A DNA stretch of 60,124 bases from Octopus sinensis (GCF_006345805.1 NW_021834417.1:1-60124); one strand, 5' to 3'; shown: positions 12,311-23,990, numbered from the stretch's first letter. Numbers and translations are program-made. The notes: a model not told the origin generated them from the letters alone.

Positions 12311-12747
12311 ACAACACCAATCTGCAAGACTTCTCCTTTTTTTGTTCTGAATGGCACACATTTTCATCGCCAACGTTCTTCACGTGGTCACAATCTGCTA
12401 GAAATAACAATAAGATCATTCTAAAATTCCATTCCTCCCTATTCCACCGTCTTAGAGAAGGACACAACGGATTTGGCCGTGGGTTCTCTGTACCTAGGGG
12501 AAAAAGTAAAGAAGAAAGAGGAAAAGATTGGATGGTCCAGGTTAGAATAACTTTCATAAAAGGTTTTTTTCTATCAGGGCTGAACTGGACGGAGATCTCG
12601 GAAAGAAATTTAGCAAAAGCGAACAAGGCTACTTTCGGACCTTTGGGGAATGAGTCCCTTTGGGATTAAAGGGGATGTGAGGTCGTTTGTGTGTGGTGGC
12701 AGAGGGTCGACTGTGTGCTGCCTAGGGCAGACTTTGAGTTTTCCCTC

Positions 12748-12965
12748 ACCACCACTACCACCACCACCATCACTACCACCACCAGCGCCACCGCCACCAC
12801 CACCACCACTGCCACCGTCACGCCACCACCAGAACCGGCACCAGCACCAACACCACCACCACCACCACCGTTACTGCCACCATCGTCACTGCTACCACCG
12901 TGACCGCTACCACTGTCAAAACCACCACCACCACCACCACCACCACCACCAACGCCGCCGCCGCT
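12748..12965. repeat. Degenerate (CCA)n microsatellite
   Basis: Direct inspection. Confidence 0.9.
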
Positions 12966-13080
12966 AATACCCTGATTTAGTGAGTCGCAAATGTGCATAC
13001 ATATGCATAGAATTATGTACCTTAAACTACAGCGTTAGGGCTTCTTGGCCCTTATTCCTAGCGATGTAGATGTTCTAACG

Positions 13081-13707
13081 AATCCAGGTAAAAAAAAGTC
13101 AGTCCTGTGGCGCGGGGGGGGGTTCCTATAAGGTTTTTGTCCGGATCCCATAAATTGTGACTTTTTTCCTGTAACTTTATTACCGGCCATCATAAATGTG
13201 ACTTTTTCCTAGCCAAAATTGTAAATTTTTTTGCTAGTCAAAATTGTGTCATTTCCAAGCCGAAATTGTGACTTTTTTCCTAGCCAAAATTGTGACTTTT
13301 TCCTAGTCAATATTGTCTTTTTTCTTAGCCAAAATTGTGTCTTTTTTCCTTGCCAAAATTGTTACTTTTTTCCTAGCCAAAAATTGTGACTTTTTCCTAG
13401 CCAAAATTGTAATTTTTTTCCTAGTCAAAAGTGGGTCTTTTCCTAGTCAAAATTGTGCCTTTTTTCCAAGCCAAAATTGTGTCTTTTTTCCTAGCCAAAA
13501 TTGTGCCTTTTTTCCTAGTCAAAATTGTGTCTTTTCCAAGCCAAAATTGTGACTTTTTCCTAGTCAAAATTCTTACTTTTTCCCTAACCAATATTGTCTT
13601 TATTCCTAGCCAAAATTGTGTCTTTTTCCTAGCCAAAATTGCGACTTTTTTCCTAGCCAAAATTGTGACTTTTTCCTAGCCAAAATTGTGACTTTATTAC
13701 TGCTCAC
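13081..13707. mobile_element. Insertion carrying a ~21-bp minisatellite array, flanked by a 10-bp direct repeat
   Basis: TGTTCTAACG at 13071-13080 and 13708-13717; internal array of TTTTTCCTAGCCAAAATTGTG(A/T)C units at ~13150-13695. Confidence 0.65.
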
Positions 13708-13867
13708 TGTTCTAACGCCCTAGTCATATCTACGACAATTTAGTTTCCCCTGTCTAGATTAATTGTCTGAAAATACTTGAGCGATTCGCTAAATCATCCA
13801 TAGATTTTTATGGTGAATACATATGTACTGACAGAAAATTAAGTTCGGAATCTGCTGAATTGAGTGG

Positions 13868-13920
13868 TCCCTACTGATGAGGCTACGGAATTAGCCGAAA
13901 CTGACCGATCAGTATAGGGA
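13868..13920 (+). ncRNA. Canonical type I hammerhead ribozyme
   Basis: TCCCTA-CTGATGA-GGCTA(CGGAAT)TAGCC-GAAA-CTGA(CCGA)TCAG-TA-TAGGGA: all three stems pair perfectly, core intact, GUA site with predicted cleavage after 13914. Confidence 0.9.
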
Positions 13921-14065
13921 ATTTTCGACCGATGCTTTCGGACGATTACAGTTCTTGTCAGTGCATATGTATACAATGATGTGCTTTAACTACAGCATTA
14001 GAGCTTTTACCTCTTATCTTTAGCAATGTGAGTGGTGTGTGTGTGTATGTATGTATGTATGTATG

Positions 14066-14111
<46 letters not shown>

Positions 14112-14415
14112 TATATATAATATATATATATATATGGGGAAAAAAAGTCAAGATAGAAATCTAAAAAATAATTTTTTAAAGAACCATTTCAGTACCGGTT
14201 TCAGTCATTGAGATTTTTCAACTGTAACAATTAAATAATTAAATTTAGAAAAATTAAATGAAAAGTTTTTTTTAAAGAATATTTGTATAGTGTTCAAATA
14301 CAAGTGGTATTTTCCTTGTTTCTGCCTGTCTCTGTCTCCAAAAAGGGTTTAATATGTCTATGTAGAGCAAATATTGACTAAGATACATGGGTCCCAGACA
14401 GACATAATTTCGTGC

Positions 14416-14480
<65 letters not shown>

Positions 14481-14489
14481 ATTATTATT

Positions 14490-14729
14490 CAGTGAGAGAG
14501 CAGTGCATACCATCAAAGTGATACTAGGGTAAAATATATAAAGCCCAGTATACCCATCAGGACCACCCGTCTGATAAGGGTACACCAGGCACATGCATCA
14601 CAATCATATATGTGCAACATGGTGATTTCATATCAAGATAAACAGCACATGACCTTGCAGGTGGGGCCCAGCTAGAATTTTCTGTAGGCCGAGTAGCCCA
14701 TCCCGCTCAAAATGTCTATGAAGAGGTGT

Positions 14730-14730
<1 letters not shown>
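14490..14730 (-). mobile_element. Dispersed repeat family E (truncated), between (ATT)n and (ACT)n tracts
   Basis: Homologous to 18040-18543 and 51945-52405; ends CTCTCACT next to an (AAT)n tract. Confidence 0.75.
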
Positions 14731-14794
<64 letters not shown>

Positions 14795-14941
14795 TTACTA
14801 CTACTACTACTATCATCATTATTATTATTATTATATATTTTATATAATTGTATATATGAATACATGTATATGTATATATATATATATATATACACACAAT
14901 ATATATATATCATATATATATATAATATATTATATATTGTG

Positions 14942-14993
<52 letters not shown>

Positions 14994-15776
14994 GTGTGTG
15001 TGTGGTGGTGTGTGTGTGTGTTGTGTTGTGGTTATATATATATATATATATATATACATATACATACACATATATATATATTATACATACGTGTTATTTA
15101 ATATTCTAAATACAATTGAAATGATAGAAAAGGAACAAATTGAAGTATAATTTAAGCAAAGAACACATTTTATTAATCTACTATAATACAGGTATTATAA
15201 ATATAGTAAAATAAATTACTGTACTGTGCATTGAGAAACGAGGGTCCATTTTAGATACAGTTGAAATAATCTCTTAATGATATTTCTGAACTTTTTCCGT
15301 TATTTGTTTATGTTTTTCTTGGTGCTGGCTTCTTGAGAATTCCAGTTATTTTAGTACCGGATAAGAAATGGTTTATTGTATAAGGAAACTAGTCCCTGAG
15401 ATACGTAGAAAATAGGAGAGATGGTCATGCCTGTAACGGCTTTCGTCATAGGTCTTTTTTGGCCTGGGTCTCTAAATATCAACACCAACTACATCATCGG
15501 CACCACACCACATTCGCCGCTGCCACCACCATCACCACTACCGCTTCCAATACTGCAACAAGAAAAATACCAACGCCACTGCTACCATCGCTATTACTTC
15601 AAAGATACCTAGCTCTATGTGGCGATTAACCTGCTAGAAATATCAACCAAATCGCTCTATGGGTTTAGATAAAGGAAAAGGCATTGAGTAATGTAAGCCT
15701 TAAAAAACCCCATCAGGGATGAATAATTTTTGATGGTGAATCAGCTGGATCAGAGTTGACCTAGTATTAGAGAACA

Positions 15777-16140
15777 GTGGAAGCACCCCGTCGGTTACGA
15801 CGACGAGGGTTCCGGTTGATCCGAATCAACGGAACAGCCTGCTCGTGAAATTAACGTGTAAGTGGCTGAGCACTCCACAGACACGTGTACCCTTAACGCA
15901 GTTCTCGGGGATATTCAGCATGACACAGAGAGTGACAAGGTGGCCCCTTGAAATACAGGTACAACAGAAACAGGAAGTAAGAGTGAGAGAAAGTTGTGGT
16001 GAAAGAGTACAGCAGGGATCACCACCATCCCCTGCTGGAGCCTCGTGGAGCTTTAGGTGGTTTCGCCCGGTCTGGGAATCGAAACCGCGATCCTATGACC
16101 ATGAGTCCGCTGCCCTAACCACTGGGCCATTGCGCCTCCA
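15777..16140 (-). mobile_element. SINE family D
   Basis: Reverse-complement match to 2652-3036. Confidence 0.85.
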
Positions 16141-16383
16141 CATTAAAGAACAGTATAATAATAATGAAAACAACAACAATAGCAATAACAGCGAAATAGC
16201 AACATCTCCGACGTCAACAATAATCACAATATCAACAAAATGGCAGCAACATACCAACGTCACCAATATGAACAAACACTAACAACAAAATAGCAATAAT
16301 ACCAACATTAGCAACAACGCAACGTCATCAGTATCAACAGCAATGAAAATATCGATAAAATAGCAACGACACAGAAATAACTA

Positions 16384-16950
16384 TTGGGTTGTCCGGAAAG
16401 TTCGTGCCGATTTATAGTAGCTTACCCTTCGACTTAATTTAGAACATGGTTGAGTCTATAAAATAGGATTTGACTACACCTCCATTTAGAGCACAGTTTA
16501 ACCTATCTTTTCGAGGAAGAAAACTTATGTTCCCATAACCTGTGTTACTTCTGTAACCCTTTAAAATGGAGGATAAGAAAGTTAATTTTCGACACTTGGT
16601 GCTTTGGGAACCAGACAAAAATTGCTGCAGCTCGGCTGGGATGTGTTACCCCCACCCTTCATATTCACTAGATATTGCTACTTCGGATTTCCACTTATTC
16701 AGGTCTCTGCAGAATAGTCTTAATGGTAAAAATTTCAATTCCTTGGATGACGTAAAAAGATACCCTGATGAATTCTTTGCCATGAAACCACCTCAGTTCT
16801 GGGAAGGGGGTATTTTCAAGTTAACGGAAAGATGGAGACGCATTGTGCAACAAAATGGTTCATATTTGGTTGATAAAAAATGTAATGGCAAGTATTTATT
16901 GACATTTTTCTTTCCTTTATAAATCGGCACGAACTTTCCGGACAACACAA
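16384..16950 (+). mobile_element. Internally deleted mariner DNA transposon
   Basis: TIRs TTGGGTTGTCCGGAAAGTTCGTGCCGATTTA / TAAATCGGCACGAACTTTCCGGACAACACAA with TA on both flanks; ORF fuses transposase N-terminus MEDKKVNFRHL to the C-terminal PHPSYSLDIATSDFHLFRSLQN (YSPDLAPSD motif) through W..IVQQNGSY. Confidence 0.95.
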
Positions 16951-16994
16951 TACAATACCAAAAATAGTACCAACAATAACAACATAAACATGTG

Positions 16995-17295
16995 CAGGCG
17001 TGTCTGTGTTGTAAGAAGCTTACTTCCCAACTACATGGTTTTGGGTTCAGTCCCATAGCGTGACACCTTGGGCAAGTATCTTCTATTATAGCCTCGGGGT
17101 GGATTTGGTAGACGGAAACTGAAAGAAACCCGTCGCATCTCTCTCTGTATCTCTGTTTGTCCCCCACCACCGCTTGACAACCGGTATTAGTGTGTTTACG
17201 TTCCCGATAGAATAAGTACTAAATCGATTTGTTCGACTAAAAGGCAGTGCCCCAGCGTGGCCGCAGTTAATTGACTGAAACAAGTAAAAGATAAA
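16995..17295 (+). mobile_element. SINE family B, degenerate
   Basis: Head, CACCTTGGGCAAGT core and GACTGAAACAAGTAAAAG tail. Confidence 0.8.
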
Positions 17296-17390
17296 TAACA
17301 AAATGGCAACAATAACATCAACGTTGTAACGTCAACAATATTCTCAACAACATGCTTCATATTATCATCAATAATTCTTTCTACCGGGAA

Positions 17391-17580
17391 CAAGGGGCCC
17401 AAAATTGGGGGAAGGGTTTAAGTCGATTACATCGACCCCAGTGCGTAACTGGTATTTATTTAATCGAGCCCGAAAGGCAAAGTCGACCTCGGTGGATTTC
17501 AAACTCAGAACGTAGCGACAGACGAAATACCCGCTAAGCATTTCGCCGGGCGTGCTAACGATTCTGCCAGCTCGCCGCCT
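17391..17580 (-). mobile_element. SINE family A, short-tail
   Basis: Ends GCCAGCTCGCCGCCT (reverse complement of the head); further decayed fragments to ~17890. Confidence 0.8.
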
Positions 17581-17889
17581 AATTATATCATCAATAGTGA
17601 TAATTCTTCCTACAATAGGCAAGGAGGGATGCAAGAAAACGATTACATCAACTCCAGTGCTTAACTGGTATTTATTTTAGCGACCTCAAAAGGATCGAAG
17701 GCAAATGAAGACGGACGAAATACCGTTGAGCATTTTGTCCGGCGTGCTAAGGATTCTGCAAGCTCGCTACCCTAAATCAACAATAATAATCCTTTCTACT
17801 ATAGTCACAAGGCCTGAAATTTTGTAGGAGGGGAATTAGTCGACTACATCGACCCCCAGGTGAAAAGGCAAAATCGACCTAAGTGGAAT

Positions 17890-17890
<1 letters not shown>

Positions 17891-17958
<68 letters not shown>

Positions 17959-17969
17959 GTAATAATAAC

Positions 17970-18035
<66 letters not shown>
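17891..18035. repeat. (AAT)n microsatellite
   Basis: Direct inspection. Confidence 0.95.
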
Positions 18036-18036
<1 letters not shown>

Positions 18037-18039
18037 TAC

Positions 18040-18543
18040 CACAGATTTGGATTTAACTGATTAGAAATGTTATCATGTACATTGTTTTGTTTTGGTACAA
18101 AAGATGGGCTACAGCAAATATTCTGCTCAATACCACAGATTTGTTGTTTGGTCAGTTGTTTGACCAGTTCACCATGTCCCTTAGTGGCTGTCGATATTTG
18201 CATCTCTGATCATGAGCAGAAGTAGTGGGGGAGCATCATAGCCGTATGTTGAAAGGAATTCTTCGAGGTTTGGATAATTGACCTTTGGAAACATGGGTGT
18301 TTCGTTCAACATCCTTAAACAATCCTTATTCAAGGACCTTTTGAGCGGGATGGGCCACTCGACCAGAAGAAAAATTCTAACTGGGCCCCGTATGCAAGGT
18401 CATGCGCTTTTTACCTTGATATAAGATCACCATGTCGCGCACATAGGGTTGTGATGCATGTGCCTGGTGTACCCTTATCAGACGGGTAGTCATGATGGGT
18501 AAACTCCAGTGCCACTTTGATGGCATGCACTGCTCTCTCACTC
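18040..18543 (+). mobile_element. Dispersed repeat family E, longest copy, flanked by (AAT)n and (CAA)n
   Basis: Three copies in the window share sequence; no ORF recognised. Confidence 0.75.
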
Positions 18544-18579
18544 AACAACAACAACAACAACAATTATAATAATAATGAT

Positions 18580-18800
18580 AGTCCTTTCTACTAAAGGCAC
18601 AAGGCCTGAAATTTTGTCTGGTGAGGGGACTAGTCGATTACGTCGACCCCAGTGTTTCACTGGTACGTAATTTATCGACCCCGAAAAGATGAAAGGCAAA
18701 ATCGACCTCAGCGGAATTCGAACCAAGAACGTAAGGACGGACGAAATAACGGTACACATTTTGTCCGGCGTGTTAAGGACTCTGCAAGCCCGCCGCCCTA
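18580..18800 (-). mobile_element. SINE family A, short-tail
   Basis: GAAAGGCAAAATCGACCTCAGCGGAATT body in reverse orientation. Confidence 0.8.
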
Positions 18801-18897
18801 GATCAACAATAATAACAAAATAGCAACATCACCAATATCAACAACTATAACAGTAACAACACAACATTACCAATAGCAACAATGACAACAAAATATA

Positions 18898-19295
18898 GCC
18901 GTGGCTGTGTAGTAAAAAGCTTGCTCTCCAACTACATGGTTCCAGGTTCAGTCCCACTGCGTGACACCTTGGGCAACTGTCTTCTAATATTTCCACGGGC
19001 CAACCAAAGCCTTGTAAGTGGATTTGGTAGACGGAAACCGAAAGAAGCCGGTAGTGTGTGCGCGCGCGGGCGCGTGTGTATGTGTGAGTGTGTGTGTGTG
19101 TATATGTGTGTGTCTTGACAACCGGCGTTGGTGCATTTACGTCCCTGTAACCTAGCGGTTCAGCAAAAGAGACCCGATATAATAAGTATTGGGCTTAAAA
19201 AGAATAAGTCCTGGGGTCGATTTGTTCCACTAAACAAAACCTTTCATGACAGTGCTCCAGCATGGCCGCAGTCAAACGACTGAAACAAGTGAAAT
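18898..19295 (+). mobile_element. SINE family B
   Basis: Head, core and tail present. Confidence 0.85.
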
Positions 19296-19324
19296 GTGTA
19301 GAGTAACGACAATAACAACAGTAA

Positions 19325-19660
19325 GACTCTTTACTCTTTTACTTGTTTCAGTCGTTTGACTGTGGCCATGCCGGAGCACCACCTTTAGTCGAGCAAATCG
19401 ACCCCAGGACTTATTCTTTGTAAGCCTAGTACTTATTCTATCAGTCACTTTTGCCGAACCGCTAAGTTACGGGGACGTAAACACACCAGCATCGGTTGTC
19501 AAGCGATGTTGGTGGGGTGGGACAAACACAGACACACATACATATATATATACATATACGACGGGCTTCTTTCAGTTTCCGTCTACCAAATCCACTCCCA
19601 AGGCTTTGGTAGGCCCATGGTGTCACGCAGTGGGACTGAACCCGGAACCATGTGGTTCTT
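19325..19660 (-). mobile_element. SINE family B, tail-to-tail with the preceding copy
   Basis: Starts ACTCTTTACTCTTTTACTTG, about 30 bp after the + copy. Confidence 0.85.
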
Positions 19661-19809
19661 AAAACAACATTCGCAACAAAAGACCAACATTAACAACGAC
19701 AATAGCAACATCACCAATATTCAAATTAACAACAGAATATTAACAGTAGCACCGACGGTCATAACATGACTAATATACAACAATAACAAGTCACAATATT
19801 GATTTCAAA

Positions 19810-20744
19810 AAGGGCGGCGAGCTGGCAAAAACGTTAGCACGCCGGGCGAAATGCGTAGCTGTATTTCGTCTGCCGTTACGTTCTGAGTTCAAATTCCGCC
19901 GAGGTCGACTTTGCCTTTCATCCTTTCGGGGTCGATAAATTAAGTACCAGTTACGCACTGGGGTCGATGTAATCGACTTAATCCGTTTGTCTGTCCTTGT
20001 TTGTCCTCTCTGTGTTTAGACCCTTGTGGGTAGTAAAGAAATAGGTAGTTCGTCTGTCTCTGAGTTCAAATTCCGCCGAGGTCGACTTTGCCTTTCATCC
20101 TTTCGGGGTCGATAAATTAAGTACCAGTTACGCACTGGGGTCGATATAATCGACTTAATCCGTTTGTCTGCCCTTGTTTTAGCTTCTTGTGGGTAGTAAA
20201 GAAATAGGTATTTCGTCTGCCGTTACGTTCTGAGTTCAAATTCCGCCGAGTTCGACTTTGCCTTTCATCCTTTCGGGGTCGATAAATTAAGTACCAGTTA
20301 CGCACTGAGGTCGATGTAATCGACTTAATCCGTTTGTCTGTCCTTGTTTGTCCCCTCTGTGTTTAGACCCTTGTGGGTAGTAAAGATATAGGTATTTCGT
20401 CTGTCGCTAAGTTCTGAGTTCAAATTCCGCCGAGGTCGACTTTGCCTTTCATCCTTTCAGGGTCGATAAATTAAGTACCAGTTACGCACTGAGGTCGATA
20501 TAATCGACTTAATCTGTTTGTCTGCCCTTGTTTTAGCTTCTTGTGGGTAGTAAAGAAATAGGTATTTCGTCTGCCGTTACGTTCTGAGTTCAAATTCCGC
20601 CGAGTTCGACTTTGCCTTTCATCCTTTCGGGGTCGATAAATTAAGTACCAGTTACGTACTGGGGTCGATGTAATCGACTTAATCCGTTTGTCTGTCCTTG
20701 TTTGTCCCCTCTGTGTTTAGCCATTTGGGGGTAGTAAAGAAATA
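19810..20744 (+). mobile_element. Tandem array of SINE A: one headed unit plus four head-less units
   Basis: Junctions at ~20045, 20208, 20392, 20562; whole array flanked by AATATTGATTTCAAA (19795-19809 and 20745-20759). Confidence 0.9.
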
Positions 20745-20759
20745 AATATTGATTTCAAA

Positions 20760-21370
20760 TGTTGACACAAGGTCAGCAATTGTCGGGGGAGAGGAGAAAT
20801 CGATCACATTGATCACCAGTACTCAACTGGTACGTAATTTAGCGGACCCGAAAGGATGAGAAATGGCTAAGTCAACCTCGGTAGAATTTTAATTCTGAAC
20901 GTGAAAGACAAGACGAAATGTCGCTTAGCATTTCGCCCAGCGTGCTAATGATTTTAATTTCTTTATTGCCCATAAGGGGCTAAACATAGAAGGGACAAAC
21001 AAGACAGATAAAGGAATTAAGTCGATTACATCGACCCCGGTGCGTGACTGGTACTTAATTTATCGAGCCCGAAAGGATGAAAGGCAAAGTCGACCTCGAC
21101 GAAATTTGAACTCAGAACTTAGCGACTGACGAAATACCTATTTCTTTACTACCCAATGGGGCCAAACACAGAGGAGACAAACAAGGACAGACAGACGGAT
21201 TAAGTCGATTATATCGACCTCAGTGCGCAACTGGTACTTAATTTATCGACCCCAAAAGGATGAAAGGCAAAGTCGACCTCGGCGGAATTTGAACTCAGAA
21301 CTTAGCGGCAGACGAAATACTGCTAGGCATTTTGCCCGACGTGCTAATGATTCTGCCAGCTCTCCGCCTT
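20760..21370 (-). mobile_element. SINE A cluster: decayed copy plus headed/head-less dimer
   Basis: Junction GAAATACCTATTTC at 21131-21144; head ends at ~21370. Confidence 0.8.
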
Positions 21371-21923
21371 AGCAACAATTAGAAAATATCAACAATAGAA
21401 ACGGCAATAACAACAACATCATAAAAATCAACAACAACAACAATAACAAAAATCACAAGTTTAACAACAAAAATATCAACAATGGCAACATCACCCGTAT
21501 CAACAGTGTCGTCAGCAAACACCGCCATCTCAACAATGCGCACTGCCCACGTCATACGGCCCCTCTTCCTTTCGCTGCTTTAATTTTATCGTTACACAGC
21601 CACCCCGGTCTTCCTTCATATACCCCCCCCCCCTTCGTTCCTTATACGATCCACAAAAAGCTGAGGGGGTAAGACTGAGATAAGAAGAGAGAGAGAGAGA
21701 GAGGGAGGGTGAGAGGGAGAGGTGGTGTAGAGAAGGGGACGGAGGAGAGGGAAGAGAGACAAGAGTGTGAGAGCAGTTGATCAGTTGGGGGTCTGCTCAC
21801 AAACGTCCGGTTGCCCGCTTGGCAACCCCGAAAAGAGAAAAAAAAATCCCTTCAAAATATCTTCACGCATGTTTTATATATATATATATGTCTGTGTGTG
21901 TATGTGTTGTGTGTGTGTGTGTT

Positions 21924-21968
<45 letters not shown>

Positions 21969-22631
21969 CGCATACATACACACACCACACACACACACAC
22001 ACTCATGTGTGTAGGCAGAAGCACATATACACATGTGCACACATTCTAGCACACATGCAAGCCCTCCTACCCGGGCGCAAGGGCAGGGTAGGTAGTGTGT
22101 GGGGAGCAGGGGTTCGAGGGGGAGGGGGGTTGATTAGTCAGTCGTCGTGCACATGGGGGCCAAAAGTCTTCATCCCCGTATAAATAAAGGAACAAAGTAG
22201 TGTGTATTTGTGTGTGTGTGTGTGTACATTTATAGAAAATACAAATGTAAGCATGCAATATAATTGTGTGTATGTGTGTGTGCATCTATCTATCTATATT
22301 ATATATATATATATATATAATAATTATATATATATATATATTATATTATATAATATAAAGTTAGATAAGGCCGGTTCATGATATATATATATATATATAA
22401 TATAATATATATTATTCTATATATTATACACATACACGCACCAACATGCACACACAGATACATGCTTGGGTACATAGAACATACGTATATATAAATATAT
22501 GTATGCATATATGTAAGTGTGCATATAAATATATTTATATGTGTGTATGTTACCACTGATATAATATAATGTAATATATCTATATATGTAATATATATAT
22601 GTGTAGTATATATAATATAATACTATATATA

Positions 22632-22677
<46 letters not shown>

Positions 22678-22754
22678 TATATATATACGTATATGTATAC
22701 ACATATATGCACTTATATACATATATATATATTATACACACACACGAGTATGAG

Positions 22755-22793
<39 letters not shown>

Positions 22794-23164
22794 GTATGTA
22801 TCTATATACAAAAGCGGAGAAAATTCAGGCGTGCATTCCCTACATTCCATCATCACACCCGCCATCTCCAGGCCCCCACTCCCTACTGCATTCCACCCTC
22901 CTCGTCCTCACCTCTAACATCCGCACAGCCATCCAACCGCTTCCATCGTTTCCACCTCTGTATTACTTATCATCGTACCCACTACTACGAACGTAGCCAC
23001 CACCATCACCACCACACCACCACCACCACCACTACCACCACCACCACCACCGCTACCACCACCGCCGCCTCCGCCGCGCGATCCTCTTTCCATTCCCCTT
23101 AAACACATGTGTTGTCGGTCTTCTCAAACACGTAAGTACGCGTACACAAACTTGTACATTCATA

Positions 23165-23200
<36 letters not shown>

Positions 23201-23382
23201 TACATGTCCTCTCGCCGCACAAACATTTCAGCGAAGTATGGACACATACACTTACACGCATACCACACACACACACACACACACACACACGTATATGTCG
23301 TTTCGCTTGGCCATGCTAGAGCCTACTCTTCGCTATCTAGGTCATATATGCAGGTATATGATGCACAGATTTATACGTGAGT

Positions 23383-23418
<36 letters not shown>

Positions 23419-23575
23419 GTATGTGTGTGGGTGTGTGAGTCGGTGTGTATGGTGCATACTGTTCTTGAGTTGTTTATAGACATTGTTAACAGCAAACATT
23501 TATAGATATGAATTATACGTACATACAAACACACACACACACATATATATATAGACGCATAACTACTCGCTATTA

Positions 23576-23606
<31 letters not shown>

Positions 23607-23672
23607 CTATCTATCTATCTATCCATCTATCTATCTATCTATATCACTATCTATCTATCTACTTCTATATAT

Positions 23673-23709
<37 letters not shown>

Positions 23710-23715
23710 TTATTT

Positions 23716-23902
23716 TATAGAAGGAGCTTCTACAGGACTAGAAACTGTTCTTCAAATGAAATCATCAGAAGCTTCCTGATGATTTCAATTTGAATGAAAC
23801 AGTTCTAGTCCTGTGAGAAGCTCCTTCTATAAAATAATTAATTACTCTGCTATGTATTGAGTACCTTATTTACTGTAGTTAACCCCGTCTCAACCCGGGA
23901 CC

Positions 23903-23907
<5 letters not shown>
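23716..23907 (+). mobile_element. Dispersed ~190-bp element: ~115-bp palindrome plus unique tail, embedded in (TA)n
   Basis: Palindrome ATAGAAGGAGCTTCTACAGGACTAG...CTAGTCCTGTGAGAAGCTCCTTCTAT; second copy inverted at 59795-59984. Confidence 0.85.
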
Positions 23908-23962
<55 letters not shown>

Positions 23963-23990
23963 GTATATATATATTAGATATATATATATA

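Noticed and set aside
11797-12998. Poly-Pro/Gly/His/Thr ORFs resembling formin, extensin or mucin
   Set aside because: All six frames are open because the DNA is (CCA)n; no flanking domain or splice context is supportable.
14190-14230. Minus-strand GAAACCGGTA motif
   Set aside because: The upstream core reads TTGAAAA; too decayed to call.
21540-21850. Purine/pyrimidine-skewed, GC-richer stretch as a possible promoter
   Set aside because: No identifiable core elements or associated transcript evidence in the sequence alone.
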